A DNA stretch of 63,146 nucleotides, filler included, from Octopus bimaculoides (Eukaryota), in NCBI RefSeq assembly GCF_001194135.2. It is 3 parts of 2 records of this genome, joined end to end, with 100 filler letters (N's around TTAATTAATTAA, not from the genome) between each part and the next. Parts side by side here need not be neighbours in the genome. Positions count along the whole stretch, not along the records: positions 1 to 30,583 come from NC_068982.1; positions 30,684 to 55,348 come from NC_069000.1; 1 more part is not named here. One strand, written 5' to 3'. Below are positions 23,938 through 35,935 of this stretch, piece by piece. The translations under genes and the position numbers were made by a program. The notes under the pieces were generated by a model. The model saw nothing but the letters and a program-made list of their open reading frames with translations, was not told where the DNA came from and ran no database searches. Position 1 is the stretch's first letter. Each line of letters opens with the position of its first letter.

Positions 23938-24438
23938 GGCAGGCTTCCTTCAGTTTCTATCTACCAAATCCACACACAAGGCTTTGGTTGGCCCAAGGCT
24001 ATAGTAGAAGACACTTGCCCAATGTGCTATGCAGTGGGATTGAACCTGGAGCCAGTGGCGAACTGGCCATGCTGCTAGCTTGCCTGATGGCAAGTGGACC
24101 CCTGTACCATTAGAATCCATATATGGGGGCCCATGATTGTATCTAAGGGGCCCATCCCCTCAAGTTTGAAAATTTTTTATTCACTCCTGGAAGAATGCCT
24201 TAGTTATTTCAGCCTGGCTGTGCTTGTAGACAGTTGAAAAGAATACTTTTAACAAAAAACAAAAATTAAATGATAGCATTGTAGTTGTGGGTGGGCCCCC
24301 ATGTTGCTGTGGGTGGGCTCCCTTAGTCTCCTGGCAAACAATATTTTTAGACCCAGTCCGCCACTGCCAAGAACCATGTAATTGGTAACCAAGTTACTAA
24401 TCACACAGCCACTTCTGTGCCTATAGCCACTCATGCAC

Positions 24439-24440
<2 letters not shown>
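23385..24440 (-). mobile_element. SINE family B split by two nested insertions
   Basis: 3' part at 23385-23620, middle at 23930-24052 and head at 24367-24440, interrupted by an unclassified repeat (about 23680-23900) and the hAT MITE. Confidence 0.75.
24053..24366. mobile_element. hAT-type MITE inserted into a SINE
   Basis: 14-bp TIRs CAGTGGCGAACTGG / CCAGTCCGCCACTG (1 mismatch) and a decayed 8-bp target duplication cctggagc / ccaagaac. Confidence 0.75.
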
Positions 24441-24481
<41 letters not shown>

Positions 24482-24484
<3 letters not shown>

Positions 24485-25617
24485 TACCTGACATACCCTG
24501 TAATTCCCGGGAAAGTAGGGCTTATCCCTTGGAACCATTCTCATAATTGTTTTGCTAATCCAATAACAACAATACAAAGTATGTAGCCCTTAAAATGTTT
24601 TTCATGCATTTACAGAGAATACCAAACTGTCTTACAAAGGATCATGTTTTTAGAAATTCCCAATGAGTTATCAATACCCAAATTGTGATGTCAGTTATGT
24701 AATAACATGAAATTAGTTACCCGGTAGTAAGGATTCAAATAAAGTAGCCCCGAAAAGGGCTTTAATGTGTTCCCAGTGTATATAGAACGTAGGAGGAAAT
24801 ACTTGTAAGGCATGTATACTAAAATCGTGAAGCATGTAATGTAATAACAGGCTAATCAGATTTGAGATCATAACAATTCAAAGCAAATAACCCTGAAAAT
24901 GGCTTTTGTGCATTCCCAGAGAATATTACCCTCAGGGGCACTAGTGTTGGTATATACACACACACACACACACATATATATATGTGTGTGTGTGTATATG
25001 TTTGAGTGTCTGTGTTTGTCCCCCCCAACATTGCTTGACAATAGACACTGGTGTGTTTACGTCCCCGTAACCTAGCGGTTCAGCAAAAGAGACTAATAGA
25101 ATAAGTACTAGGCTTCTGAAGAATAAGTCCTGTGGTCGATTTGATCAACTAAAGGTGGTGCTCCAGCATGGCCACAGTCAAATGACTGAAACAAGTAAAA
25201 GAGTAAAAGAGTAAAAAAAGAGTAACCAAAATAAGTAGATCTATTGTTTAGGAAAATACAATTTACTTGTTTAAGGGTTGTACTGGATAAATTGCGAAAA
25301 TAACTAACAGTTTAAATACTAAAAAATGAGCATACTTAATTTCCTTTTTACTAAATAATTTAGGAAAATAAGTGGGTTATTTCCTTTGGCTATATATAAG
25401 GATCTCTTCCAGGGGCGAATGGGTTATTTCCCTTGGTTTTTAAAATAAAATATATTAGATATATATATATATATAAGGATCCCTTCCAGGATCCCTATCA
25501 TCGATTTTTTCAACAGCCTGAGTATACCATGCGGTTTCTAGACATGAGCTCTACTCATGTGTCAAGTTTCATTAAAATCGATAAAACAATGTAGGAGTTA
25601 GCTAACAACTCCATATA
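24482..25617 (+). mobile_element. Probable Helentron-type element carrying a SINE fragment (24985-25225)
   Basis: Start ACTACCTGACATACCCTGTAATTCCCGGG resembles the start at 15636; internal recurring ACCC/GGGAAATAACCC motifs; gtcaagtttcattaaaatcg near the end. Confidence 0.4.
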
Positions 25618-26122
25618 TGACCTTCAAATGTTGGGCCTCACAAAGGCGATGACAAGTGAGTGAGATGTTGGGAGATATGCTATGCTTGAAAAGACCTGGC
25701 AAGCCAAGTGAGACTGTAACCATGGCCTATGCCAGTGCAGCATAACTGGCCCGTTTAAGAGTACCTTTCAATCATTGGGCAATAAACTGTACTTGCAAAG
25801 ACCTGTTGAGTCAAGTGATGTCATTGTTGTGGCCAATGCTAGTACCGCTTGACTGGCACCTGCACTGGTGGCATGTAAAAAGCACCATTCATGCATTGTC
25901 ATTACCAGTGTTGCCTGACTAGCCCTCGTGCTGGTGGCACATAAAAAGCACTCACTACACTCTCAGCGTGGTTGGCATTAGGAAAGGCATCCAGCTGTAG
26001 AAACTTTGCCAGATCAGTTTGGGGCCTGCTGCAGCCTTCTGACTTGCCAGCCCTCAGTCAAACCGTCCAACTCATGCCAGCATGGAAAGTGGACATTAAA
26101 TGATGACGACAACAACGATGAT

Positions 26123-26178
<56 letters not shown>

Positions 26179-27849
26179 TGTATCTATATATATGACAGGT
26201 TTCTTTCAGTTTCTGTCTACCTAATCAACTCATATAGCTTTGGTTGGCCTTATTTTGTTGCAGAAAACACTTGCCCAAAGTGTCATGCACTGAACCTGGA
26301 ACCATGTGGCTGGAAACAAAGTTTCTTACCACACAGCCTATATATATATATATATATGAAAGCAGGAGTTAAATGGCAGGACTACCTAATTTTTTTTCAA
26401 CAGAGTAACTAAATAAATAACCATTCACACATATTTAGCAATCAATAGAATTGTAAATTCTTTTCACGTTTTTATAGTTCAATATTCACAATGGTTGGTT
26501 GAAATTTATATTGTTCGATTTCTTCTGTTTTATTTTTACTTACTTTTAGACTGTCAATAAGCAAAATTCTAAAATTTGTTTTGCTTAATGTAGATCAACT
26601 GGCTAGCACAGCCTGACCTCTATAAATAGAGTAGCAGTTTTGTTTCTTGTTCTTTCTTTAGTATCCTCTAAAGAAGCTTCATTCCAAATTTAGGCACCAA
26701 AAAATTGTGTGTAAGACCAGGAGTTACAATTGAAATATTTCATATATAGATACTGGGTATGAGATATGGATATTTGGTAGCAAGGGATATATATATTTCA
26801 CACAGTACATCATAGTCTTAACAAGATATTTTAAACCAAAACTGAGCAGTAGATGTTCATATATATTATGAAATATCATATATGTACTAAGTCTGTACAG
26901 TGAAAAAGTAAACAGAGAGAATCAACTTCCATTACATCATATAAAAGAAATATGTGTGACCTTACATCATAACAGATTTAAGCAACTACACTACCAGTTT
27001 CAAGAATTATGCCTTTTATCTGGCGGAGTATACAAAAGTAGAAAAAAGTAGAGATCCTCTCTGACCTTCAATATAAGGTCATCAGTCATGTGAGGTTAGA
27101 TGGCAAATCCAACTAGAATGGATGGATGTACTCAAAAAAGACAAGTGTTTTTATATGCAACTCATCAAAAATGCCTTTTGAAGAAAAGCTACAAAAAAAC
27201 GACTTTTGAGGAAAAGCTACAAAAAACGATTTAACAAAAAATAAAAACAAAATAATTTAACTTATTGTACAGTCCACATGGTAAATCATATTTGATTTTA
27301 GGTATTTCTTGCAGAAAGTGCTAAACATGTCTTCATGTTTGTGTTTGCATCTATCTATCTATCTAACTATCTATCTATCTATCTATCTCTCACACACACA
27401 CACACACACACACACCATCATCATTGTTTAATGTCTGCCTTCCATGCTGGCATGGGTATATATCATGAAATATGTGGAACTATGGCATTAAAGCTTATTG
27501 AATGAAAGAATGGAGTCAGCTCTGATATTGACATAAAGGAAATATGTGGGATCTTGCTTCGCAGTGGGTCTTTCATTGCAGAACATAGTTTCAAGAGAAC
27601 CTTTAAATATCATGTGCATACACTCATGCATATATATATGTATATTCAAATACCTGTATGTGTGTGTGTGTGTGTGCATGTATATATATATATATATATA
27701 AATATATAGATATGTGTGTGTGTGTATGTATGTATGTATACATATATATATATTTATACATATATATGTACATACATACATATGCATACATTATTTTATT
27801 TGTTTCAGCCTTGCAGCTGTGGCTGTAGTACTACTGTGGTACATATGTA

Positions 27850-28860
27850 TATTACATGGAAAAGAGCGAGCAATGCATTACAGTGCCTGTACTGATACCA
27901 ACATTTAGGATATTTGACTGGTGTATAAAGGAACTCCATTCTTTAGACACTAAATTCTGTAAGATTCTGACAACAAAAATTTCCCACAAGAACAATGATG
28001 TCAACAAACTATTACAGAAGAAAAGAGTGAAAAAGAAGCCTTAAATTAGTGCAGTGAGCCTTTGAATGCCAAATGATATCACTCAGATAGCACCTTCTAA
28101 ACAACTGCAGCAAAAGAAAATACATCAACTAAGTGCTGAAAATGGAAGTAAAAGACAAACTGCAAGTTGGCAATGAACTCCTCAAGAACCACCTATTTCT
28201 TTATTACCTCACACACAAATCCAGAAGTGCAACACTAGCATATCTCAACACATTTCACCTGGAAGAGAAACATTTTGTATATTCACAAAATGCTATGCAT
28301 GTGTAAGGTTTCCATAGACTTGAAAACATTGATAATATTGGCTTCAAATTTTAGCACAAGACCAGCAGTTTCACGGGAGGGGTTAAGTCAATTACATCGA
28401 CCTCAATACTCAACTGGTACTTATTTCATCAACCCTGAAGGATTAAAGGTAAAGTTGGTGGAATTTGAACTCTGGACATAAAACCCGGACGAAATGCTGC
28501 TAATCAATTTTCCCAGCATGCTTACAACTCTACCAGCTTGCTGCCTTGGAAACAGTGATGATATTAACCTGAAATGAAACCTCTCCTAAACCTGTGACCA
28601 CTATATCAGACCTCAACAGTTATGGTTTTGCAATCCAAAGGCATGAGATGCCTCCAAAATATCTAGTGAGCAGATGAGACAGTGTAACCCATAAAATCCC
28701 TGGATGCACCAGCAATTGTCAATTGTCTCACAGTACAGATAATGAACAACTGTCTTAAAATGTCAACAATATACAATTCCATCTGCAGAAAAGACTCCCT
28801 GGGATAAATATCAAAAACACTGCTGCTTTTGAATACATACAAATACAACAGAAGGAATAC
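27850..28860 (+). mobile_element. R4/Dong-like LINE relic interrupted by a SINE at about 28335-28545
   Basis: 28620-28850 aligns by eye with 59540-59830 (tttgcaatcca...; aactgtcttaaaatgtcaac vs agctgtcctaaaatatcatc; ccatctgcagaaaagactccctg vs ccatccgcaaaaaagactgccctg). The upstream part is assigned by position only. Confidence 0.55.
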
Positions 28861-29819
28861 TGGGAATTACTGTATGCAAAGTGGTAACATTGGTAGCTGG
28901 CAGCAAATTTGTAAAAGAGGGATGAGTGGAAATCTATTCTGATTTACTAAAAGCAGTTCAAACCAATGAAGACAGACTTTTTACTGATCTGATGACATGG
29001 GATGAAATGGGACCTTATTTTTATGATCTGAAAAAAAAAAAGTCTCAGTTCATAGAATGATGTCATACCTCTTCTCTAAGGCTTAAGGAGTTCAAGAGGT
29101 AGTATGGTGGTGACTGATGTTTTGAGATGAACAAGGAGTCAATTCTCCTTGATTTTCCAGTATGTGGCTGTTCTATGAACAGTGAATGAAGCATCGTAAC
29201 ATTCAAAGGGCTTAGAAAAACCAATTTAGCAGAAGAGATGAAGTAAGGTTTTAAAACAGATCAATGGTTACCATGACAATACATGACCATGCACATCTTT
29301 AGAAACAAGTCAAGCAATTGGCAAATTGGGTTGGTCAGTTGTCCCCCCACCAGTCACTACAACCCATATCTGGTACTCTCTGACTTCTAACTGATTGGGC
29401 CAATGAATGAGATCTGAGGGACAAGGCTATAGACAAAATGCAAATATTCTGAATCACCATTGTGATTGTCATTGTTGTTGTCATAGTCACCCACATTGTT
29501 GTAATCCTCTTCCTGCTGCTGCTCATCCTCGTCGTCTTCATCATCGTCATCATTGTCGTCGTCGCCGTCGTCGTCCTCCTCCTCCTCCTCCCCCTCCTCA
29601 TAATCGTCATCATCAGCATCATTTAACAATGATGTTGGGTATGATTTAGAATGTTTACATTGTGTCTACAGATTTTAGATTTCATTCCTGAAAGTTTATA
29701 TATATATATCTATATCTATCATTAACTATATATATCTATAAAATATATATATATGTATACATATACATATATGTATACATATACATAGATACATACATAC
29801 CTCTCTCTCTCTCTCTCTT

Positions 29820-30205
29820 TTTACTCTTGTACTTGTTTCAGTCATTTGACTGTGGCCATGCTGGAGCACCGCCTCTAGTCGAGCAAGTCGACCCCAGGAC
29901 TTATTCTTTGTAAACCTAGTACTTAGTCTATCAGTCTACTTTGCCAAACCGCTAAGTTATGGTGATGTAAACACACCAGCATCGGTTGTCAAGCAATGTT
30001 GGGGGGACAAACACACACACACACAAACACATACACACACATATATATATATATACATATATATGACGGGCTTCTTTCAGTTTCCGTCTACCAAATTCAC
30101 TCACAAGGCTTTGGTTAAAAACACTTGCCCAAGGTGCCATGCAGTGGGACTGAACCAAGAACCATGTGGTTCATAAGCAAGCTACTTACCACACAGCCAC
30201 TCCTA
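29820..30205 (-). mobile_element. SINE family B, near full length
   Basis: Reverse complement of the 14716-15150 family. Confidence 0.85.
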
Positions 30206-30237
30206 CACCAATATATATCCATATATATATATATATA

Positions 30238-30583
30238 GTGTAGTATATTGCCACTTAAGTGTGGCTGACCCCTAGGGGTGGATGTTACTGTTGCTTTTAG
30301 CCCCAGGAGGACATCTCCTCCAGCTGGCTTATCGACACACGACTGTGTCCTGTTTGTCAAGGGAGTTATCCCTCTCACCGCGACCAGCAGCACGAACGTA
30401 TCCGGATTTCAGGGTTATTTCCCTTCGTCGGCGTTCGACAGCTGATGACCTTGGTGAGAGAGACAAATCTGGCAAACCTTATATCTTCTTTTCCAGTGAC
30501 ATTCTTCACTGATATTGAAAAGGTGAAAACAAGCAATGTTAATTCTCTAAATGAAGTATTAACAGTAACTGCACGATAAAGTG
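30238..30583 (-). mobile_element. Retrozyme-like repeat, copy 2: one complete 343-bp monomer running into a scaffold join
   Basis: Reverse complement reads segments B-C-A whereas copy 1 reads A-B; the CAC at 30581-30583 recurs at 30238-30240, defining the unit length. The other end abuts (TA)n. Confidence 0.78.
30393..30437 (-). ncRNA. Type I hammerhead ribozyme, second copy
   Basis: Minus strand: CGAACG-CCGACGA-AGGG(AAATAA)CCCT-GAA-ATCCGGAT-A-CGTTCG. The only change from copy 1 within the motif is at the variable core position N7. Confidence 0.82.
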
Positions 30584-30683
30584 NNNNNNNNNNNNNNNNN
30601 NNNNNNNNNNNNNNNNNNNNNNNNNNNTTAATTAATTAANNNNNNNNNNNNNNNNNNNNNNNNNNNNNNNNNNNNNNNNNNNN
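30584..30683. other. Artificial 100-bp scaffold join (44 N + TTAATTAATTAA + 44 N)
   Basis: The palindromic 12-mer gives stops in all six frames; an identical layout recurs at 55349-55448. Confidence 0.9.
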
Positions 30684-30719
<36 letters not shown>

Positions 30720-30744
30720 CGTGTGTGTGTGTGTATGTGTGTGA

Positions 30745-30781
<37 letters not shown>

Positions 30782-30785
<4 letters not shown>

Positions 30786-32046
30786 GCGTGTGAAGGGTAA
30801 ATTGTCGCAATTTTGTCCTTTTAAATTCGTGCATGTGCATTTTTTATTTATTTTATCGACTACACAGTATAATAGGGTCAGTTGGGCATTGTCTGTGAGA
30901 AAAACAGCACCATGGCGCAATTCACTATACCAGTAATTTGAAAACAACATGCTGTACTACTTGGCATTCGCGCTGGAAGCTCAAATACGAACATTTCAGA
31001 GTGTTTGGGTGTCAATCTGAGGACAGTGCAGAGGAATGGGAAAGAGTTGGATGCGTCTTATGGTGATTACGAAGGTACGGCAGCTCAGAAAACCCAGTCT
31101 CATTATTCTGATAAGAAAGGGATAACTGAATTTGTTGATGAAATCCAGGCCATGATTGACAACGACCCCTCCAGTTCAATCAGGTTCATCGCCAGGGACA
31201 TAGAAGTGTCTGAGTCTTTTATCAGGCAGGTAGTACATGAAAACATTCGGTATTCCTCGTGAAAGATGAGAAAGGGCCAATTTTTATCCCAAGCCATCAA
31301 GGACAAGTGCAAAGACCGCGCTATGAAGCTTTTGAACAAACTCAAGCAATCCCTCCAACCGAACATGCTTTGGTTTTTCTTAGACGAGAAAAATCTCTGC
31401 CATGATCAGATGGTCAACACACAGCACAACTGTTGGCTTACCGTGTCCCCAAAACATGTGCCGGGAGTGATAAAAATCAAACAGCCAGTCAACATCATGG
31501 TGTTTGGAGTGATCACTAATGAAGGCGACAATATGCCTCCATTCACCTTTCCACACGGCTTCACACTCAACACGGAGGCCTACATCAAGTGCCTGGAAGA
31601 GATAGTGCTGCCCTGGGTCATGAGGATGACTACTGGTGGAACCTATGTCTAGCAACAGGACTCTGCACCATGCCACACAAGCAGGAGAACCCAGTCATGG
31701 CTATCAGACAATTTCTGCGACTGCGGCTACCTAACTCCCCACACTGCACACCCCTTGATTATTATGTGTGGAGTGCAGTTGAGCGAGAGACAAACAAAAC
31801 TTTTTGTAACACCAAAGATGAACTGAAGGCAAGGTAGCATCCACCAACTTGCACAAGGACTCCGTCCAGAAGAGTTGCCGGGGATTCCGAAGTTGTCTGG
31901 AGGCCAATGGCAATTTTATTGAATGAATTTACTCTTTAGTATTTCAAGATATTTTTATGTAATTTTGGTAAATATATCTGTTAAAATGAGATGTCAATGT
32001 TATATTCACTTTTGAGCAATTTAGACGACAATTTATTCACTGCACC

Positions 32047-32049
<3 letters not shown>
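30782..32049 (+). mobile_element. Tc1/mariner transposon relic, maT (DD37D)-like
   Basis: Pseudo-transposase with HTH, WFFLDEK, MVFGVIT, QQDSAPCH and NSPHCTPLDYYVW; stops and a small deletion prevent counting the D spacing. Ends share taaattgtcg; sits between (TG)n-TA and (CA)n. Confidence 0.85.
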
Positions 32050-32098
<49 letters not shown>

Positions 32099-32173
32099 TC
32101 TTTCATTCTTTTACTTGTTTCAGTCATTTGACTGCGGCCATGTTGGAGCACCCCCCCCCACATATAGATAGGC

Positions 32174-32243
<70 letters not shown>

Positions 32244-32290
32244 GTAGATAGATAGATAGGTAGATAGATAGATAAGCACACATGCATATA

Positions 32291-33166
32291 CAGGGTGGGT
32301 GGAAAGTAACTTGGCATTAGAAATTGCTCATAGAATTTTTAATATCACTGAAGTCACAGCGAAAACATTTTTTTACATATACAACACTAAGGGGGATCTT
32401 TTATTTTCTTATTGTCTTAATGCTTATTTATTATTTTCCAGATGACCGGTCGCTTGACTGCTCAGGAGCGAGCTGAGATAGCATCACGCTATGAACTGGA
32501 ATTCGATTGTTCTGGTTCAGAGATGGTGGCGTGTATGGAAAGGTAAGTATGCAACGCTACGTCCGGAGACAATAAAATGTTGTTATGCAAAGCTGATGAC
32601 CACGGGTTCTGTGGACGATGCAAGAAAAAGTGGCCGTCGAACCATATCCAGATCAGCGGAGAACGTGGAAACAGTGTAGAAATGTTTAATCGCAACTCGC
32701 AAAAATCAACACGTGATGCAGCTCGTGACAGTGGACTAACAAGACACACAATACGAAACGGCGTTGCATAAAGAATCGAATTTTCGTCCCTGGAAACCCC
32801 ATTATGTGCAGGATCTAAAACTTGAAAACTTTGACCGCTGAAGTCCAGAACTCCAAGAAGTTCACATCTCGCTCCATGTGACTTATACTCGTGAGGTTAC
32901 ACAAAAGAGGTGTACAAGGCAAAGCCTCGCACACTGGGGGACTTGGAGACACGTGTCCCAGGTGACGTTCTTCAGAAGGTTGTTCATTTCATCCCTGACC
33001 TTTGAGGAAACTGGTTGACGCCACCGGTGCTTACGTTGAAATATGAACATTTACTTTCATTTTCCCACGTAATAAAGAACATGTATCATTTGTTTCAATA
33101 AATTTGTAAAAGGAAAATGGATTTTATTACCAATTGTTAATGCCTACTTACTTTTCACCCACTCTA
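32291..33166 (+). mobile_element. Internally deleted Tc1/mariner-superfamily transposon
   Basis: TIRs CAGGGTGGGTGGAAAGTAACTTGGCATT / AATGCCTACTTACTTTTCACCCACTCT with TA flanks. N-terminus ERAEIASRYE...VQRWWR...KLMTTGSVDD..KSGR, then WKPHYVQ, then a jump to the C-terminus; the catalytic core is missing. Confidence 0.8.
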
Positions 33167-33199
33167 TATATATATTTATACACACGTAACACATACTTG

Positions 33200-33268
<69 letters not shown>

Positions 33269-33579
33269 TGTGTGTGTGAGTGTGTAGTGTATAGGTCTAG
33301 ACTGATATTTTCTGCTGTCAAATGTCACAACGCGGTCCTATTGTTGATTCACATAGGGGAGATCTAGTAGATCAAACTGTACAAAAGCCAATTTGTTGAT
33401 AAAATTTTTGAAAGTGAAAGTACCCTTTCAGAGAAGAGAAGTAGAAGAAATGAGGATTCCGCAAAGTTCCGAAAGGTCCAAAATACCGGCTGCATCTCGT
33501 TAAACAAATGATGCGTGCAGTGCGTTAAATGGACGCATCGTAGCGTCTCGGTTAATTTTCTTACAAGATTTGCAGTTTG

Positions 33580-34450
33580 GAGTAAAAACCATCCAGTTTT
33601 TTAAAGATGATTGTAAAGATGGTTGTAAATCCTTTTTTACTGGCTGAACTGCAGCAGAGTAGCAATGGGTGGAACATTCGGGCCATCTGGAATTATGGCA
33701 TTTCGTTTGGCTTGGGCCATACCCAAGAAGATGGTTTCAGTCACACGTTTACTTGTCTCCGATGAGTCAGAAGTGAAGCATATGCATTGGTGTAGTTAGT
33801 TAACCTAGAACTGACATAGCCCCGACTAGCCAACTGACTTTATGTACCTTAGAGTCTGGGAGCTGTTGGGGGGAAGGCGTTGCGTGGTATAAGGATGTGT
33901 GGTATAAGTGCAGAGAGCAAAAACAACCATTCTACATAGCTTTTGCTAACCTCTTAGATTCACTGAGTTGAGATGGTCTTTTCAGAATTTTTCTCAAGAT
34001 AAGGTGTAAATTGCACGACCCGATAGGTGCAGATATGATTTGCTAAAGGCCGGGTTTTAAGAAAAAGATCAAAGTTTTTTTGAAGTGCATGTGACCTGCT
34101 TAGAGATGGAACTAGCAGTAGGACAACATTGGGGTTGAAAAATATTCGGTTTATGCGGCATCATTTGATTTTAAGTATGAGAACAAAGAAGATTTGTTGG
34201 CATTGCTGTCACCGAGAACAACAGTATCAGAGAAAGGTAAATCGAGATAAATGTTCCTGATGTTGGAAGAGGTATTGTTAGAGAGGTGGTTGGAAGAGTC
34301 TAGTGAGAGATAGAAAGAGAGGATTGTATTTAAAAGAAGGTGAGGGGAGACTTTGAGCCAGAATAACTAAATGTCTTTATTGCTTAAGTCCAATAAAGAC
34401 AAATAATTCGGGAAGAGTAGAATCTGCATGTACACTGGCTTCATATTTCA
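33580..34450 (-). mobile_element. CR1/L2-like LINE relic (APE endonuclease)
   Basis: Minus-strand DLPFSDTVVLGDSNAN resembles the GDFN motif, followed by a degenerate DLFL segment. Confidence 0.55.
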
Positions 34451-34968
34451 GAATGAATTTAAAGTATGAAATATATCCGAGACAGCACAAATGGGTGATA
34501 AGAAAGTGTTGAGATTGTACTTCCGAATGAATCATCGTGAATAGTTTACATATTACTAAGAAGTGTTAGTTGGGTCAGAATGGACGGTTATTTAAAAAAA
34601 TGAACTGTCTACTCGATTAAGTATTATTAACGTGCATACAGTGTGATGTAGAACATGTTGGTGCATGATGAGTTCACGATAACGTTAACTTCCATCGAGA
34701 AGCCTAATCAGAATGCTCACGTGGAAGCCACTTTGGATAAAATTACCACTAGGCCAGGACAACGTTTTATACCAGAAGAAAGACTGTGATTCCCATGTGG
34801 ACCCCTCTGCGTGGCCACACAATCCTTCATAGATAACACGACTACACTGGACAATGTATTACTGACCACGTGATGTCTCAGAGCCAGAGAATATCATGTC
34901 AAAAGTATCAAAGATAATTGAAAGAAAATGCGGAATGTGATACTAGATATGCTCTCTCTGTCTGTCTG

Positions 34969-35002
<34 letters not shown>

Positions 35003-35159
35003 ACTCTCTCTCTCTTTCTCTCTCTTTCACTCTCTCTCCCGCTCTCTCATACACACACACACACACATTTTTATAACTATATACATTCACATAAATAAAT
35101 ATATATACATATATATGTATGCATGTATGTGTGTGTATATATATGCATATATGTGTATG

Positions 35160-35198
<39 letters not shown>

Positions 35199-35329
35199 CT
35201 ATATACACATTTCTATTTTCTATATATGTATAAATATTAATGCGTGTGTGTATTTATGTATATATGTATGTGTGCGTACGTGCGTGTCTGTGTTTACATA
35301 TACGTATGTATATAAATATATAGTCATCT

Positions 35330-35935
35330 AACTGCTTATAAAACCAGTTTCGTTCATGTGTTCTCCTGCAAGAAGCCAGTTCGGTATGTAATAGACTTTC
35401 GGGACTTTTCCATCTTACAAACAATATAAATGATTTAACCAGCAGAGGCATCGTTGTTGCACCAGGGAGAGGATTGAGGAGACTTAGTATTTCTGCAAGA
35501 ACCAAGAACTCTTTGTTCGTAATTCAGTAGTCCTCTTGAAGTTTTCAGAATCATTTTCAAGAAAGATATTTAGGCGGAAGGTATTGAGACGCTGCTCTAG
35601 TCTGGAGTAGCTGTTCCAAGCTCAGTAAAGTTCAATTTTTGTGTTTGCCTTAAGCTTAATGTTCTCCCAGACTCGCAATGTCAATATAGTTCGTGTTGAG
35701 GCTACTCTTTTCCGGCGGAAACGAGCACAGAACTTTGTTTCACTTCATTGGAAATGCTAGCGTATTTCTGAGAAGAGCTAACTGAATGACACCTTTAATG
35801 TTTGTGTAGGATGGCTAAACAATTATAACTAACCTCGGAGCACACAATCTTGAGAAAAATTCTGAAAAGACCATCTCAACTAAGAGATTAGCGAAAGCTA
35901 TGTAGAATGGTTGTCTTTGCTCTCTGCACTTATCT
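35330..35935. mobile_element. Further LINE-like relic containing an inverted copy of 33904-34000
   Basis: 35848-35933 is the near-identical reverse complement of 33904-34000, apart from a 10-nt indel. Confidence 0.45.

Noticed and set aside
24885-25430. AGGGAAATAACCC-like words shared with the hammerhead stem II
   Set aside because: No hammerhead core or other stems nearby; a short motif recurring within a Helentron-type element, probably coincidence.
29387-29629. Acidic D/E-rich ORF on the host-gene strand
   Set aside because: Mosaic of CAT/CGT/CCT trinucleotide repeats like several others in the window; no convincing splice sites or homology.
30442-30476. CTGATGA on the + strand of retrozyme copy 2 as a second hammerhead
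   Set aside because: No stem II or GAAA follows, and copy 1 has CTGCTGA there; it is the complement of the extended stem I arm.
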